Of a stretch of DNA of 64,000 nucleotides, positions 63,703-64,000 are shown one piece after another; positions within the stretch are counted from its first letter, which is position 1; every line of letters starts with the position of its first letter. The position numbers and the translations under genes were made by a program. Where the stretch lies: assembly GCA_964106645.2 (NCBI GenBank), contig OZ067039.1. One strand, 5' to 3'. Origin of the DNA: Podarcis pityusensis (lineage: Eukaryota). The notes under the pieces were generated by a model that was given only the letters and a program-made list of their open reading frames with translations, had not been told where the DNA came from and ran no database searches.

Positions 63703-64000
63703 GTCTGCTATTACTTAGAGCAAGACACTTCCCTCGTGCAACACAGATAAAGCCTTGACTCCCTCAGCCACTCTCTCTCCCACTCAGAGCGCAATTAACA
63801 GGCAAACAGGGATGCTATCTTCTTCCTTTGGCAGTCAGCAACATACCTCCATAAATCAAGCAGCAGCAAGAGCAACAGCGGCAGCTTGAACACTCTGCTC
63901 CAAAACAGCTCTGCTTCTGGGCACCGCAAATCAGTCCAGCATGCAGTGTCCGTTCCACCGTCCGGCAATCAGCAACAGAAACCTCTGGCGACTGGGACGC

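Larger units (their letters stand above)
60476..64000 (-). mobile_element. Ty1/copia LTR retrotransposon, internally deleted; 5' LTR lies beyond the window end
   Basis: Polyprotein ORF, RNase H C-terminal remnant at 60923-61038, polypurine tract AAATGGGGGAGGA (60900-60888), then a putative LTR. Confidence 0.85.

Overview
Vertebrate genomic DNA, not prokaryotic. The repeat content (Sauria-type and tRNA-derived SINEs, CR1/L2/L1 LINEs, many hAT and Tc1/mariner MITEs, a Ty1/copia element) suggests a squamate, probably a lacertid lizard (inference). The one recognisable host gene is KLF15 on the minus strand. It has a CpG-island promoter and putative non-coding exon 1 (~50.7-51.05 kb), coding exon 2 (ATG at 39592, donor after 38559) and coding exon 3 (29698-29530). 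The spliced CDS is 1203 nt (400 aa, three C2H2 zinc fingers), followed by a ~3 kb 3' UTR ending near an AATAAA at 26556-26561. The rest is intron or intergenic DNA rich in transposons. The most unusual element is a Ty1/copia LTR retrotransposon at the right end. It has an intact 845-aa Gag-protease-integrase ORF but no reverse transcriptase, and only a frameshifted RNase H tail remains before the PPT/3' LTR. Other leads: a same-strand solo-LTR-like element with a perfect splice donor ~1.1 kb upstream of the KLF15 promoter; a uORF-rich KLF15 leader whose 99-codon uORF stop overlaps an AATAAA next to the exon-1 donor; a Pumilio-site cluster in the distal 3' UTR; and an orphan TATA/octamer promoter-like module with a donor downstream of KLF15. 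Most short ORFs in the track are chance ORFs. No database searches were run; family names are by motif recognition.
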